This document shows, piece after piece, positions 34,685 to 44,226 of a DNA stretch of 64,000 nucleotides; the first letter of the stretch is position 1, and every line of letters starts with the position of its first letter. This DNA is from Candidatus Rokuibacteriota bacterium (GTDB lineage: Bacteria; Methylomirabilota; Methylomirabilia; Rokubacteriales; CSP1-6): assembly GCA_016184305.1 (NCBI GenBank), contig JACPCX010000179.1, positions 11,613 through 75,612 on the forward strand, read 5' to 3'. The notes below the pieces were generated by a model. The model did no database searches, was not told the origin of the DNA, and was given only the letters and a program-made list of their open reading frames with translations. The position numbers were made by a program, and so were the translations under genes.

Positions 34685-36037
34685 ATGCTCAAACTCCATC
34701 TCATCACCTACGGCTGCCAGATGAACGAGTATGACTCCGAACGGGTGGCCGGGCTGCTGAAGCATGCGCGCTACGAGCTCACCGAATCCCCCGAGGCGGC
34801 GGACCTGATCCTGCTCAACACCTGCTCCATCCGCGAGCGAGCCGAGGAGAAGGTCTTCTCCCAGCTCGGATCGCTGAGACGGCTCAAGAGCGCCAACCCG
34901 GATCTCCTGATCGGCGTGATGGGGTGCATGGCGCAGCTCCAGTCGGGGGGGATCCAGGAGCGGGCGCCCTTCGTGGATCTGGTCTTCGGCTCCCCCGCGA
35001 TCGCGCGGGTCGGGGAACTCGTGGCGCGCGCCCGAGCCGAGCGGCGTCCGGTCATCGAGACGGGGGAAGGGCCCCTTGTGAAGATCGCCCCTCCGCCCGA
35101 TGGGACGAGGCGCCTGAAGGCGTTCGTGACGATCATGGAGGGCTGTGAGAAGCACTGCACCTTCTGCGTTGTGCCGACGACGCGGGGCCGGGAGCGAAGC
35201 CACCCGCCGGAGTCCGTGCTGGAGGAGATCCGCGGCCTCGCCGCGCGCGGCTGCCGCGAGGTCACGCTCCTCGGGCAGACGGTGAACGCCTACGGGCGCG
35301 ACCTCGCGCCGCCCACCGACCTGGCCGACCTCCTCGCGCGGGTGAACGCGATCGCGGGCATCGAGCGGATCCGGTTCACGACGTCCAACCCGTACAACCT
35401 CAACCGCCGGCTGATGCGCGCGATCCGCGAGGTCCCGAAGGTAGTGGAGTACCTGCACCTGCCGCTGCAGTCGGGCTCCGACCGGATCCTCGAGCGCATG
35501 AACCGGGGCTATACCCGCGCCCGCTACCTCGAGCTGATCGCCGAGGTCGAGGAGACCGTGCCGGGCATCGCGCTGTCCACCGACCTCATCGTGGGGTTTC
35601 CGGGGGAGACGGACGAAGACTTCCAGCAGACCGTGGACGTGGTGGAGCGGTTGCGCTACGACAACGTCTTCGCGTTCCGGTACTCGCGCCGGCCCGGCAC
35701 GCCCGCCGCCGAGATGCCCGACCAGGTGCCGGACGCCATCAAGGCGAGCCGGAATACGCGCATCCTCACGGTCGCGACCCGCGTGGCAGCCGAGCGCAGC
35801 CGCGCCCTGGAGGGGCGCGTGCTGCCGATCCTGGCGGATGGCCTCTCCCGGAAGAACGCGCGAGAGGCGACGGGCCGCACCCGGTGCAACCGCGTGGTGA
35901 ACTTCGATCCCGAGGGCCAGGACCTCTTCGGCGAGGTGGTTCCCGTCCTCATCACCCAGGCCCTGCCTCACAGCCTGCGCGGAGCGCTGGCCGGCCGGGA
36001 GGCCGTTCTGCAGGCCGCGGGGATGCAGCCGGCGTAG
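34685..36037 (+). CDS. miaB: tRNA-2-methylthio-N6-dimethylallyladenosine synthase
   Basis: UPF0004 N-domain ITYGCQMNEYDSE, radical SAM motif CEKHCTFCVVP, and a TRAM C-terminus. Confidence 0.9.
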   Translation: MLKLHLITYGCQMNEYDSERVAGLLKHARYELTESPEAADLILLNTCSIRERAEEKVFSQLGSLRRLKSANPDLLIGVMGCMAQLQSGGIQERAPFVDLVFGSPAIARVGELVARARAERRPVIETGEGPLVKIAPPPDGTRRLKAFVTIMEGCEKHCTFCVVPTTRGRERSHPPESVLEEIRGLAARGCREVTLLGQTVNAYGRDLAPPTDLADLLARVNAIAGIERIRFTTSNPYNLNRRLMRAIREVPKVVEYLHLPLQSGSDRILERMNRGYTRARYLELIAEVEETVPGIALSTDLIVGFPGETDEDFQQTVDVVERLRYDNVFAFRYSRRPGTPAAEMPDQVPDAIKASRNTRILTVATRVAAERSRALEGRVLPILADGLSRKNAREATGRTRCNRVVNFDPEGQDLFGEVVPVLITQALPHSLRGALAGREAVLQAAGMQPA

Positions 36038-36051
36038 GAGGGAGGAGCGCG

Positions 36052-36579
36052 ATGTGGCTCGAGATGAAGGTGAAGGGACTGGCCCTGGATCCGCTCTCCA
36101 ACCTGCCGATCCTGATCCTCCGCGACGAGGAGGAGAAGCGCTCGCTTCCCATCTGGGTGGGGCTCGCGGAGGCCAACGCCATCGCGCTGGAGCTCGAGAA
36201 GATCCCGACGCCGCGGCCCATGACCCACGACCTGATCAAGAGCATTCTCGAGGCGCTGCGCGCGCGCGTGATCAAGGTCGTGGTGAACGACCTGCGCGAC
36301 AACACCTTCTTCGCGGTCATCCATCTGCAGCTCGGCTCCACCGAGATCACGGTGGACTCGCGCCCCTCCGACGCCATCGCCCTGGCCCTGCGGGTGGCCG
36401 CCCCCATCTTCGTGGAGGAGGAGGTCGTCCTCAAGGCGCAGACCGCGGAGGTCGCCAGGGAGGGCGAGGCGGCTCCCGCCAAGGCTGAGGACCAGGAGAA
36501 GGTGAAGGAGTGGCTCGACTCGATCACGCCTGGGGACTTCATGGAGCGCGGCAAAGAGCCGGGCGGCCCGGTCGAGTAG
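36052..36579 (+). CDS. bifunctional nuclease family protein (DUF151/BFN domain)
   Basis: GGAGGGAGGAG RBS. PILILRDEEEKRSLPIWVG..EA.AI and RPMTHDL motifs typical of DUF151. Confidence 0.75.
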   Translation: MWLEMKVKGLALDPLSNLPILILRDEEEKRSLPIWVGLAEANAIALELEKIPTPRPMTHDLIKSILEALRARVIKVVVNDLRDNTFFAVIHLQLGSTEITVDSRPSDAIALALRVAAPIFVEEEVVLKAQTAEVAREGEAAPAKAEDQEKVKEWLDSITPGDFMERGKEPGGPVE

Positions 36580-36582
36580 TGA

Positions 36583-37722
36583 ATGCGGGTCGGACTGTTC
36601 ACCAACAACTACCTGCCCTTCCGGGGCGGGGTCGCCACCTCCGTCGAGACGCTCCGCGAGGGGCTTGAGGTCCTCGGGCACCGCACCTGGGTCTTCGCGC
36701 CGGCCCCCTCGGCCAGAGTGGAGGACCCGCCACGGGTCTTCCGGTACCGGTCGATCCCCGCGCCCACCTATCCCGGCTTCGCCCTGCCGCTGCCGTTCTC
36801 GCCGCGCCTCGCGCGGACGGCGCGCGGACTCGACCTCGAGGTCATCCACGCGCAGCATCCGTTCCTTCTTGGGGTGACGGCGCGGCGGCTCGCCCGCCGG
36901 CAGGACATCCCGCTCGTCTTCACCTACCACACGCGCTACGAGAAGTACGCGCACTACGTGCCCCTGCCGCAGCGCCTGGTGGCCGCGCTGGCGGTGCGGC
37001 TCTCCTGCCGGTTCGCGAACGCGGCGGACCTGGTGGTGGCGCCGTCGGCGGGGATCGCCGAGATGCTCCACGCACGCGGCGTCGCGGCGCCCGTGGCCGT
37101 GGTGCCCACGGGAGTCCCGGTGGACCGCTTCGCGCCGGGAGATCGCGTCGCCGCGCGCCGGAGGCTCGGGCTGCCGGCGGACGGGCCGCTCTGCCTCTAC
37201 GTGGGGCGGCTGGACCGGGAGAAGAACGTGGACCGGGTGATCGCCGCCTTCGGCTCGATTGCCGGGGCGGTGTCGGCGGTCCGGCTCTCCCTCGTGGGGC
37301 AGGGCAGTCACGCGCAGGCGCTTCGACGGATCGCCGAGGCGAGTCCGGCCTGCGAACGGATCCACTTCCACGGGGGGGTGGCGCGCGACGACCTCCCACC
37401 TTACTATCAGGCCGCCGACCTGTTCCTCTTCGCGTCCGAGACGGAGACCCAGGGGCTCGTTCTCGCCGAGGCGCACGCCTGCGGGCTCGCCGCCGTGGCT
37501 GTGCGCGCCTCGGGCGTCGAGGAGGTCGTCGTGGACGGGGAGACGGGTGTCCTCACCAAGCCGGATGCCGGCGACCTGGCAGACGCGGCCATCGCGCTCC
37601 TGCTGGAGCCCGAGCGGCGCCGCGCGATGGGACAGGCGGCGCGTGTCGTGGCGGAGCGGTCGTTCTCGGCATCCGTCCAGGTCGCGGCGATGGCGGCCGA
37701 ATACGCGCGTCTGTTGCGATGA
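36583..37722 (+). CDS. glycosyltransferase family 4 (GT-B fold)
   Basis: MRVGLFTNNYLPFRGGVATSV N-terminus. C-terminal E(x7)E-like region FASETETQGLVLAEAHACGL. Confidence 0.75.
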   Translation: MRVGLFTNNYLPFRGGVATSVETLREGLEVLGHRTWVFAPAPSARVEDPPRVFRYRSIPAPTYPGFALPLPFSPRLARTARGLDLEVIHAQHPFLLGVTARRLARRQDIPLVFTYHTRYEKYAHYVPLPQRLVAALAVRLSCRFANAADLVVAPSAGIAEMLHARGVAAPVAVVPTGVPVDRFAPGDRVAARRRLGLPADGPLCLYVGRLDREKNVDRVIAAFGSIAGAVSAVRLSLVGQGSHAQALRRIAEASPACERIHFHGGVARDDLPPYYQAADLFLFASETETQGLVLAEAHACGLAAVAVRASGVEEVVVDGETGVLTKPDAGDLADAAIALLLEPERRRAMGQAARVVAERSFSASVQVAAMAAEYARLLR

Positions 37723-37976
37723 ACGGACGGGAGCTGAGACTGGTGCTGCGGTCGGAGTGGGACGGCAGCGCCGGCCCCTCGGGGCGCAGCGGGCTCCTGG
37801 CCGGCGACGAGCGGGTGCGCACTCTTCTGCGGGTTCTGCTCACCTATCCGGAGGTATGCTACATTCTGCCCGATCGCATTCGCCTCGAACCCTCGGCGGA
37901 TCCTCGCTTGCTGGAGACCATCACGCGCTTCCTCGCGCGCCAGTCCTGGCTGGTGACGACCGTCAGCGTCCGATGA
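37719..37976 (+). CDS. hypothetical small protein (85 aa)
   Basis: ATGA overlap with the glycosyltransferase stop and acceptable GC3. No recognisable domain. Confidence 0.35.
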   Translation: MNGRELRLVLRSEWDGSAGPSGRSGLLAGDERVRTLLRVLLTYPEVCYILPDRIRLEPSADPRLLETITRFLARQSWLVTTVSVR

Positions 37977-38011
37977 GCGGCGGCAGCGAAACGGCCACGG
38001 TGACAACGGCA

Positions 38012-38087
38012 CCCCGATGAGCGCTTGCGCGAAGAGGCCATCCCGCAACGTGAAGTCATCCACATTCAGGCGAGACGGACGATGTGG
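38012..38087 (+). repeat. Family A structured repeat: single copy plus an extra hairpin upstream of the PaaA-like gene
   Basis: CCCCGATGAGCGCTTGCGCGAAGAGGCC...GTCATCCACATTCAGGCGAGAC. CCACAT (38060-38065) pairs with ATGTGG (38082-38087), just before the GGAGAGGAG RBS. Confidence 0.85.
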
Positions 38088-38100
38088 AGAGGAGACGCAC

Positions 38101-38925
38101 ATGAGCGAGCAGGACGCCGAGGTGCGGCTGCTGCAGAGGATCCGGGCGGGGGAGCGCATCGAGTCGTCCGGCGAGATGACCGAGGAGTACCGCCGCAACG
38201 TGATCCACCTGATGACCATGCAGGCCGACTCCGAGCTCGCCGGCGCCTTCGGCTACGTGCCGTGGATCATGAAGGCGCCGACCATCGAGGAGAAACACGT
38301 GGTGGCGCAGATCGTGAGGGACGAGGTCCGCCACGCGCACGTGATGTACGGGCTGCTGGAGGATCTGGGAGTTGACGTGGGGACCCACATCGCCCGGCAC
38401 GACTTCACCCTCCGGCTCGACGACGCGGCCGCCGACATCGGCACCCAGCGAGTGGCCGACGACAAACGCGTGAACATCTTCTACTACCCCATCGACCGCT
38501 GGGCCGACTTCGTATTCTTCAACTTCTGCATGGACCGCGGGGCGGGCCATCAGCTCGAGGACGTGCGGCAGTGCTCCTACGGGCCGTGGGCGCGGGCCAT
38601 CGAGGGCATCTTCAAGGAAGAGAAGATGCACATCCGCCACGGCGAGCTATGGGTGCAGCGCCTGGGCGCCGATCCGGTGACGCGCCCGGAGGCACAGGCG
38701 ACGCTGGGCAAGTGGTACGTGCGGACGATGAACATCTTCGGACGCCCCGGATCGCCGCGCAATGCGCTGTACCGGAAGTACGGCCTGAAGCTCCGCGATA
38801 ACGACGAGGTGCGGCAGGGGTTCGCCCGCGAGGTCAAGGAGCTGGTCGAGGCCGCCGGGCTCAAGGCGCCCGAGTGGACGCCTGCGTGGGACCGCCTCCC
38901 GGAAGAGGCGCAGATTCCGGGATGA
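38101..38925 (+). CDS. PaaA/PaaC-like ferritin-fold di-iron oxygenase subunit (1,2-phenylacetyl-CoA epoxidase subunit A family)
   Basis: GGAGAGGAG lies 8 nt upstream. Di-iron type ExxH motifs (RDEVRHAH, EEKMHIRH). The ORF-track start at 38017 lies inside the repeat and is less likely. Confidence 0.7.
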   Translation: MSEQDAEVRLLQRIRAGERIESSGEMTEEYRRNVIHLMTMQADSELAGAFGYVPWIMKAPTIEEKHVVAQIVRDEVRHAHVMYGLLEDLGVDVGTHIARHDFTLRLDDAAADIGTQRVADDKRVNIFYYPIDRWADFVFFNFCMDRGAGHQLEDVRQCSYGPWARAIEGIFKEEKMHIRHGELWVQRLGADPVTRPEAQATLGKWYVRTMNIFGRPGSPRNALYRKYGLKLRDNDEVRQGFAREVKELVEAAGLKAPEWTPAWDRLPEEAQIPG

Positions 38926-38994
38926 CCCCCCTCGGGCGTATGACAAAGATCATCGCGTCGATGGCATGACACCCTCAGGCTTCCGCGGAGATTC

Positions 38995-39642
38995 GTGAGG
39001 GCCAGCGCGGTACGGACGGCCGTGGCGGGTCTCGCGCTCCTCACGGGCGTGGCTCTCGCCGCTGCGGCGTCGCCGCAGCAGGTGAAGGTCGTCATCGAGC
39101 TCCGCCAGCAGGGACGGGCGAGCCAGCAGGGAGTCCAGGCCTCCGGCGGGGTCATGGTCCGGCAGCGGTCCACGCGCGCGGGCGGGTCGGTCGCCGTGGA
39201 GGACACGACGACCACGACGACGCGCTCGTCGGGGATCTTCCTCGTGGTGCAGGACGGCGGGTCGGGGACCATGGTGGTGGCGCAGGAGGTGCCGTACCCG
39301 CAGCTCGCGTACTTCTTCGACTACGCGGCGGGGAAGGGGTATGTCGCCCAGGGGGTGGCATGGCAGCGGCTGGGCACGGGCTTGACCGTGAGGCCCACCG
39401 TGCTGCCGCGAGGCCAGATCCGGCTCACGGTGACTCCGTGGCTGAGCTACGTGACGGCGGGCGGCGGAGGCAGCATCGAGCTGGTGGAGGCGGCGACGGA
39501 GCTGGTGGTGGCCGCCGGTGCGAAGGTCCAGCTCGGCGGGGCGGCGACGGCGCTTCACGCCGTGACCCGCCAGGTTCTCGGGTACCGGGAGGAGCGGAGC
39601 GCGGGGGAGACAGGCATCTTCCTCACGGCGACGCTCCAGTGA
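38995..39642 (+). CDS. hypothetical exported protein, possibly with a secretin-like beta domain
   Basis: GTG start with GGAG upstream. Signal peptide MRASAVRTAVAGLALLTGVALAAAA. C-terminal pattern LTVRPTVLPRGQIRLTVTPWLSYV resembles secretin-domain strands, a weak call from memory. Confidence 0.5.
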   Translation: MRASAVRTAVAGLALLTGVALAAAASPQQVKVVIELRQQGRASQQGVQASGGVMVRQRSTRAGGSVAVEDTTTTTTRSSGIFLVVQDGGSGTMVVAQEVPYPQLAYFFDYAAGKGYVAQGVAWQRLGTGLTVRPTVLPRGQIRLTVTPWLSYVTAGGGGSIELVEAATELVVAAGAKVQLGGAATALHAVTRQVLGYREERSAGETGIFLTATLQ

Positions 39643-39690
39643 TCAGCAGGCGACGGGGGGCAGCGGCCCCCACACTCTAAGGAGGCGGCC

Positions 39691-40878
39691 ATGGGCGCAA
39701 GGGTTTTCGTGATGCTCTGGGCTCTCATCCTGGTGCTCGGCGTTCCCCTCGGGGCCGGCGCCCAGGAGTACCGCATCGGGTTCGTGGCGGCCATCACCGG
39801 CCCGGCCTCGTCGCTCGGCGTGCCGGAGCGCGACCTCGCTCAGCTCGTCCAGAAGGAGTGGGACGCCAAGGGGGGCATCGCGGGGCCCGACGGCAAGAGG
39901 TACCCCGTGAAGATCATCATCCACGACGACGAGTCCAAGGCCGACACCACCGTGCGGAGCGTGAAGAAGCTCATCGGCGAGGACAAGGTCCACGTCGTGA
40001 TCGCCTCCAGCCAGAGTCCCACCAGCCTGGCCGTCATCCCGGTGGCCACCGAGGCTGCCGTACCGCTGATCTCCATGGCCTCCAGCCACGCCATCGTGAC
40101 CCCGATCAAGGAGCGCTTCTGGATCTTCAAGACCCCGCAGTCCAACATCCACGTGGCCCTGCACCAGGTGAAGTACCTGAAGGCCAAGGGGTTCAAGAAG
40201 GTGGCGAGCCTCTACGTCAACGACGCCTTCGGCGACGACTCGCGGCGGGGACTGGCGCAGATCCTCCAGGGCACGGGGATCGAGGTCGCGTACGAGGACA
40301 AGTTCGAGCAGCGCGACACGGACATGACCCCCCAGCTCACGAAGGCGAAGGCCAGCGGGGCGCAGGCGCTCATCATCCATGCCATCGGGCCCTCCTCGGT
40401 CCTCATCACGCGCCAGGCGAAGGACCTGGGGCTGACGCTGCCGATCGTCCACAACCACGGCATCGGCACGAAGTTCTTCATCCAGCAGAGCGGCCCGGCC
40501 GCGGAAGGGGTGATCTTCCCCATCGGCAAGCTCCTGGTCGCCGAGCAGCTCCCCGACGCCGATCCCCAGAAGAAGGCGCTCCTGGACTTCGTGCGCTTCT
40601 ACGAGACCCCGCAGCGCCCGCGCAGCACCTTCGCCGGCCATGCCTGGGACGCGCTCCAGATCGCCGGCATGGCGCTCGGCAAGGTGGCCCCGGGGACGCC
40701 CACCAAGGAGATCTACGCGAAGATCCGCGACGGGATCGAGGGCGTGAAGAACTTCGCGGGCACGGGCGGCATCTTCAACATGTCGGCCGAGGACCATGTC
40801 GGGCTTGACGAGCGCTCCATGGTGCTCGTGCGGATCGAGGGCGGGGACTGGAAGCATTTCCCGCCCGAGAAGTGGTAG
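39691..40878 (+). CDS. ABC transporter substrate-binding protein (branched-chain amino acid / LivK family)
   Basis: GGAGG RBS, signal peptide, and YRIGFVAAITGPASSLG typical of type I periplasmic binding proteins. Confidence 0.85.
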   Translation: MGARVFVMLWALILVLGVPLGAGAQEYRIGFVAAITGPASSLGVPERDLAQLVQKEWDAKGGIAGPDGKRYPVKIIIHDDESKADTTVRSVKKLIGEDKVHVVIASSQSPTSLAVIPVATEAAVPLISMASSHAIVTPIKERFWIFKTPQSNIHVALHQVKYLKAKGFKKVASLYVNDAFGDDSRRGLAQILQGTGIEVAYEDKFEQRDTDMTPQLTKAKASGAQALIIHAIGPSSVLITRQAKDLGLTLPIVHNHGIGTKFFIQQSGPAAEGVIFPIGKLLVAEQLPDADPQKKALLDFVRFYETPQRPRSTFAGHAWDALQIAGMALGKVAPGTPTKEIYAKIRDGIEGVKNFAGTGGIFNMSAEDHVGLDERSMVLVRIEGGDWKHFPPEKW

Positions 40879-41753
40879 ACCAGCTCCTTCAGCTCAGCCT
40901 CAGCGGGCTCGCGACCGGGAGCATCTACGCTCTCATCGCCCTGGGCTTCGTGACGATCTACAACGTCACGGGGATCATCAACTTCGCCCAGGGGGAGTTC
41001 GCGATGCTCGGCGCCATGGCGCTCATCGCCCTGGGCCCGCTGGGGCTGCCGCTCCCTCTGGCCATCGCGGCGGCCGTCGGGCTCGTGACTCTCGTGGGCG
41101 CCGGGATGGAGCGGCTCACCATCCACCCGGCGCGGCGGGCCTCGACGGTCACGCTGATCATCATCACCATCGGCGTGGATATCGCCCTTCGGGGGCTGGG
41201 GCTGCTGCTCTGGGGCACCGACCCGTACACGATCGCGCCGTTTACCCCGGGGCCGCCGGTCCGAGTGGGCGCGGCGGTGATCACGCGGCAGGGGCTGTGG
41301 ATCCTGGGCACCACGGCCGCCCTCCTCGTGGTGCTGTGGCTCTTCTTCATGTACTCGTACCGCGGCAAGGTGCTCCGCGCCTGCGCGATCAACCCGCTCT
41401 CGGCGCGCCTGTCGGGCATCCGGCCGGATCGGATGTCGCTGGTGGCCTTCTCGCTGTCGGCCGGGCTGGGCGCCATCGGCGGGATCGTCATGGCGCCTGT
41501 GACGCTGGCCTCCTATGACATGGGGCTGTCGCTCGGTCTCCGCGGCTTCGTCGCCGCCATCATGGGCGGACTCACCAATCCGGCAGGCGCCGTGGTGGGG
41601 GCGCTGCTCCTCGCCGTGCTCGAGAACATCGCGGCGGGCGTCTTCAGGGCGGCGTACAAAGAGGCCGTCGCCTTCCTCGTGCTCTTCCTGATCCTGCTCG
41701 TGCGGCCCCAGGGGATCTTCGGGCCCGGCGGCGCGGCTCGCGGCGGGCTGTGA
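40872..41753 (+). CDS. livH: branched-chain amino acid ABC transporter permease (LivH family)
   Basis: LSGLATGSIYALIALGFVTIYNVTGIINFAQGEF. Multi-TM. Confidence 0.85.
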   Translation: MVDQLLQLSLSGLATGSIYALIALGFVTIYNVTGIINFAQGEFAMLGAMALIALGPLGLPLPLAIAAAVGLVTLVGAGMERLTIHPARRASTVTLIIITIGVDIALRGLGLLLWGTDPYTIAPFTPGPPVRVGAAVITRQGLWILGTTAALLVVLWLFFMYSYRGKVLRACAINPLSARLSGIRPDRMSLVAFSLSAGLGAIGGIVMAPVTLASYDMGLSLGLRGFVAAIMGGLTNPAGAVVGALLLAVLENIAAGVFRAAYKEAVAFLVLFLILLVRPQGIFGPGGAARGGL

Positions 41754-42736
41754 GGGGCAGCGTCGCGTTGCGGGTCCTCGTGGCCTGCGCCGTCCTGGCG
41801 GCGCTGCCGCTCTGGGTCCGCACGCCGTCGTACCTGGACGTGCTCATCTACTGCGGCATCTACTCCGTCGTGACCACCGGGCTCTGCCTCTTGACAGGGT
41901 ACGCGGGCCAGGTCTCTCTGGGGCAGGCGGCGTTCTACGGCCTCGGCGCCTACGCCTCGGCGATCCTCACGACCAAGGCGGGGCTGCCGGGCGGGCTGGC
42001 CCTCGTGCTGGGGCTCGTGGTGACGGCGGCGGCCGCGTACCTCATCGGCATTCCCATCCTGAAGCTCCGGGGCCACTACCTCGCCATGGCCACGCTGGCC
42101 TTCGGGATCCTCATGTATCTCGCGTTCGTGGAGTTCCGCGACCTGACGGGAGGGCCCTCGGGGATTCCGGGCATTCCGGCGCTCTCGCTCTTCGGGGTGC
42201 GCTTCGACACGGACCTCAAGCGGTACTACCTCACGACCGGGGCAGCGCTGCTCACGCTCCTCGTCGCGCGCAACGTGATCGACTCCCGCATCGGGCGGGC
42301 GCTGCGGGCGCTGCATGGCAGCGAGGTCGCCGCCGAGACGCTGGGCGTGAACACGACGCGCGCGAAGCTGCAGGTGTTCGCGCTGTCGGCGGCCATGGCG
42401 AGCCTCGCGGGGAGCCTCTACGCCCACCACCTGGGGCTGGTGAGCCCTCCCGCGTTCGGGTTCGTGGTCTCGGTGGAGTTCCTCGTCATGGCCGCGGTGG
42501 GGGGGCTCGCGAGCATCTGGGGGGCGCCCTTCGGGGCGGCGGGGATCACGATCCTCACCGAGGCGATCCGGCGGCTCATGCCGCTCCTCCTCTCCGGTGC
42601 CTCCGGCGAGCACGAGGTCATCGCCTACGGAATCATCCTCGTCCTGATCATGATCTTCATGCCCGAGGGGCTGGTGGCGGGGGTCGGCGCCGCGATCCGA
42701 GCCGGCAGGCGCGCGGGAGCGGCCTCGCGTGGCTGA
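41750..42736 (+). CDS. livM: branched-chain amino acid ABC transporter permease (LivM family)
   Basis: LLTGYAGQVSLGQAAFYGLGAY motif. Overlaps livH by 4 nt. Confidence 0.85.
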   Translation: MRGSVALRVLVACAVLAALPLWVRTPSYLDVLIYCGIYSVVTTGLCLLTGYAGQVSLGQAAFYGLGAYASAILTTKAGLPGGLALVLGLVVTAAAAYLIGIPILKLRGHYLAMATLAFGILMYLAFVEFRDLTGGPSGIPGIPALSLFGVRFDTDLKRYYLTTGAALLTLLVARNVIDSRIGRALRALHGSEVAAETLGVNTTRAKLQVFALSAAMASLAGSLYAHHLGLVSPPAFGFVVSVEFLVMAAVGGLASIWGAPFGAAGITILTEAIRRLMPLLLSGASGEHEVIAYGIILVLIMIFMPEGLVAGVGAAIRAGRRAGAASRG

Positions 42737-43502
42737 GCGGCTGCTGGAGGTGTCGAGCGCGAGGAAGCGGTTCGGCGGCGTGGTCGCCGTGGCCGGGGTC
42801 TCCTTTGGCGTCAAGGAGGGACAGGTCCGTGCCCTGATCGGCCCCAACGGCGCGGGAAAGACGACCCTCTTCAACCTCATCACGGGCCTCATGCCGCTGG
42901 ACCACGGGGAGATCAGCTTCCGGGGTGAGCCGCTCAACGGGCTCGGGACCTGGGAGCGGGCGCGCCGCGGGATCGCCCGGACGTTCCAGAACCTGCAGGT
43001 CTTCGGCAACATGTCGGTGTGGGAGAACGTGATGGTGGGGCGCCACCGCACCGGGCGGGCGGGGCTGCTGGACGCGGCCTTCGTGAGCCCGCGGGCCCGG
43101 CGCGAGGAGCGGCTGATCCGGGAGCGGGCGCTTCAGGAGCTCACCTTCGTCGGGCTCGAGGCGCGGCGAGACGATCCCGCGGCCAGCCTGCCCTTCGGGC
43201 AGCAGCGCCTGCTGGAAATCGCGCGCTGCCTGGCGGCCGAGCCCACGCTGCTCCTCCTGGACGAGCCGGCGGCGGGGCTGCACGGGGGCGAGTCGGAGCG
43301 GCTGGGGGAGCTGATCCTCGAGATCCGACGGCGCGGGATCACGGTGCTGCTGGTGGAGCACCTGATGGACCTCGTCATGCGGATCTCCGATGAAGTGACG
43401 GTGCTCAACTACGGCGAGGTGCTGGCCGAGGGCCCCCCCGCTGCGATCCAGAGCGACCCGGCCGTCATCGAGGCCTATCTCGGAGTGGATGCCGATGCTT
43501 GA
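42729..43502 (+). CDS. livG: ABC transporter ATP-binding protein (LivG family)
   Basis: Walker [20 protein letters not shown], and C-terminal VIEAYLG. Confidence 0.88.
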   Translation: MAERLLEVSSARKRFGGVVAVAGVSFGVKEGQVRALIGPNGAGKTTLFNLITGLMPLDHGEISFRGEPLNGLGTWERARRGIARTFQNLQVFGNMSVWENVMVGRHRTGRAGLLDAAFVSPRARREERLIRERALQELTFVGLEARRDDPAASLPFGQQRLLEIARCLAAEPTLLLLDEPAAGLHGGESERLGELILEIRRRGITVLLVEHLMDLVMRISDEVTVLNYGEVLAEGPPAAIQSDPAVIEAYLGVDADA

Positions 43503-44226
43503 GGTGACGGGCCTCTCGGTCGCCTACGGAGCCATCCAGGCGCTGCGGGGCGTCAGCCTGCGCGTCGAGAAGGGCTCGGTGGTCGCACTCATCGGGGCCA
43601 ACGGGGCAGGGAAGACGACGCTTCTCCGGGCGATCTCGGGGCTGCTGGCCCCGCGCGAGGGGGGCATCCGCTTCGACGGCCGGGAGATCGAGGGACTCCG
43701 GGCCGAGGAGATCGTCCGGCTGGGGATCTCGCAGGCCGCGGAGGGACGCCAGAACTTCTCGGGCCTCTCCGTGCGGGACAACCTCCTGGTGGGTGCGTTC
43801 CCCGTGTACCGATTCGGCGCCCGGCAGCGCATCGAGGCCGACATGGAGCGGGTCTTCGACATCTTTCCCCGGCTTCGGGAGCGCGCGGCGCAGCTGGCGG
43901 GCACGCTGTCCGGCGGCGAGCAGCAGATGCTCGCCATCGGCCGGGTGCTCATGGCCCGCCCGCGACTCGTCCTTCTGGATGAGCCTTCCCTGGGGCTGGC
44001 CCCGCGGATCGTCGCCGAGATCCTCGACCAGATCGGTAAGCTGCGGCAGGCCGGCACCACCGTGCTCCTCGTGGAGCAGAACGCCCGCGGGGCGCTCGGC
44101 ATCGCCGATCGCGCCTACGTGCTCGAGTCCGGCCGGGTGGTCCTCGAGGGCGACGCCCGGGCGCTCAGGCAGGATCCCCGGGTGCAGAGCGCCTACCTCG
44201 GGCGCTCGTGGCAGGAGAGCGCATGA
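43489..44226 (+). CDS. livF: ABC transporter ATP-binding protein (LivF family)
   Basis: Walker A GANGAGKTT, LSGGEQQMLAIGR, and LLDEPSLGLAP. Confidence 0.88.
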   Translation: MPMLEVTGLSVAYGAIQALRGVSLRVEKGSVVALIGANGAGKTTLLRAISGLLAPREGGIRFDGREIEGLRAEEIVRLGISQAAEGRQNFSGLSVRDNLLVGAFPVYRFGARQRIEADMERVFDIFPRLRERAAQLAGTLSGGEQQMLAIGRVLMARPRLVLLDEPSLGLAPRIVAEILDQIGKLRQAGTTVLLVEQNARGALGIADRAYVLESGRVVLEGDARALRQDPRVQSAYLGRSWQESA

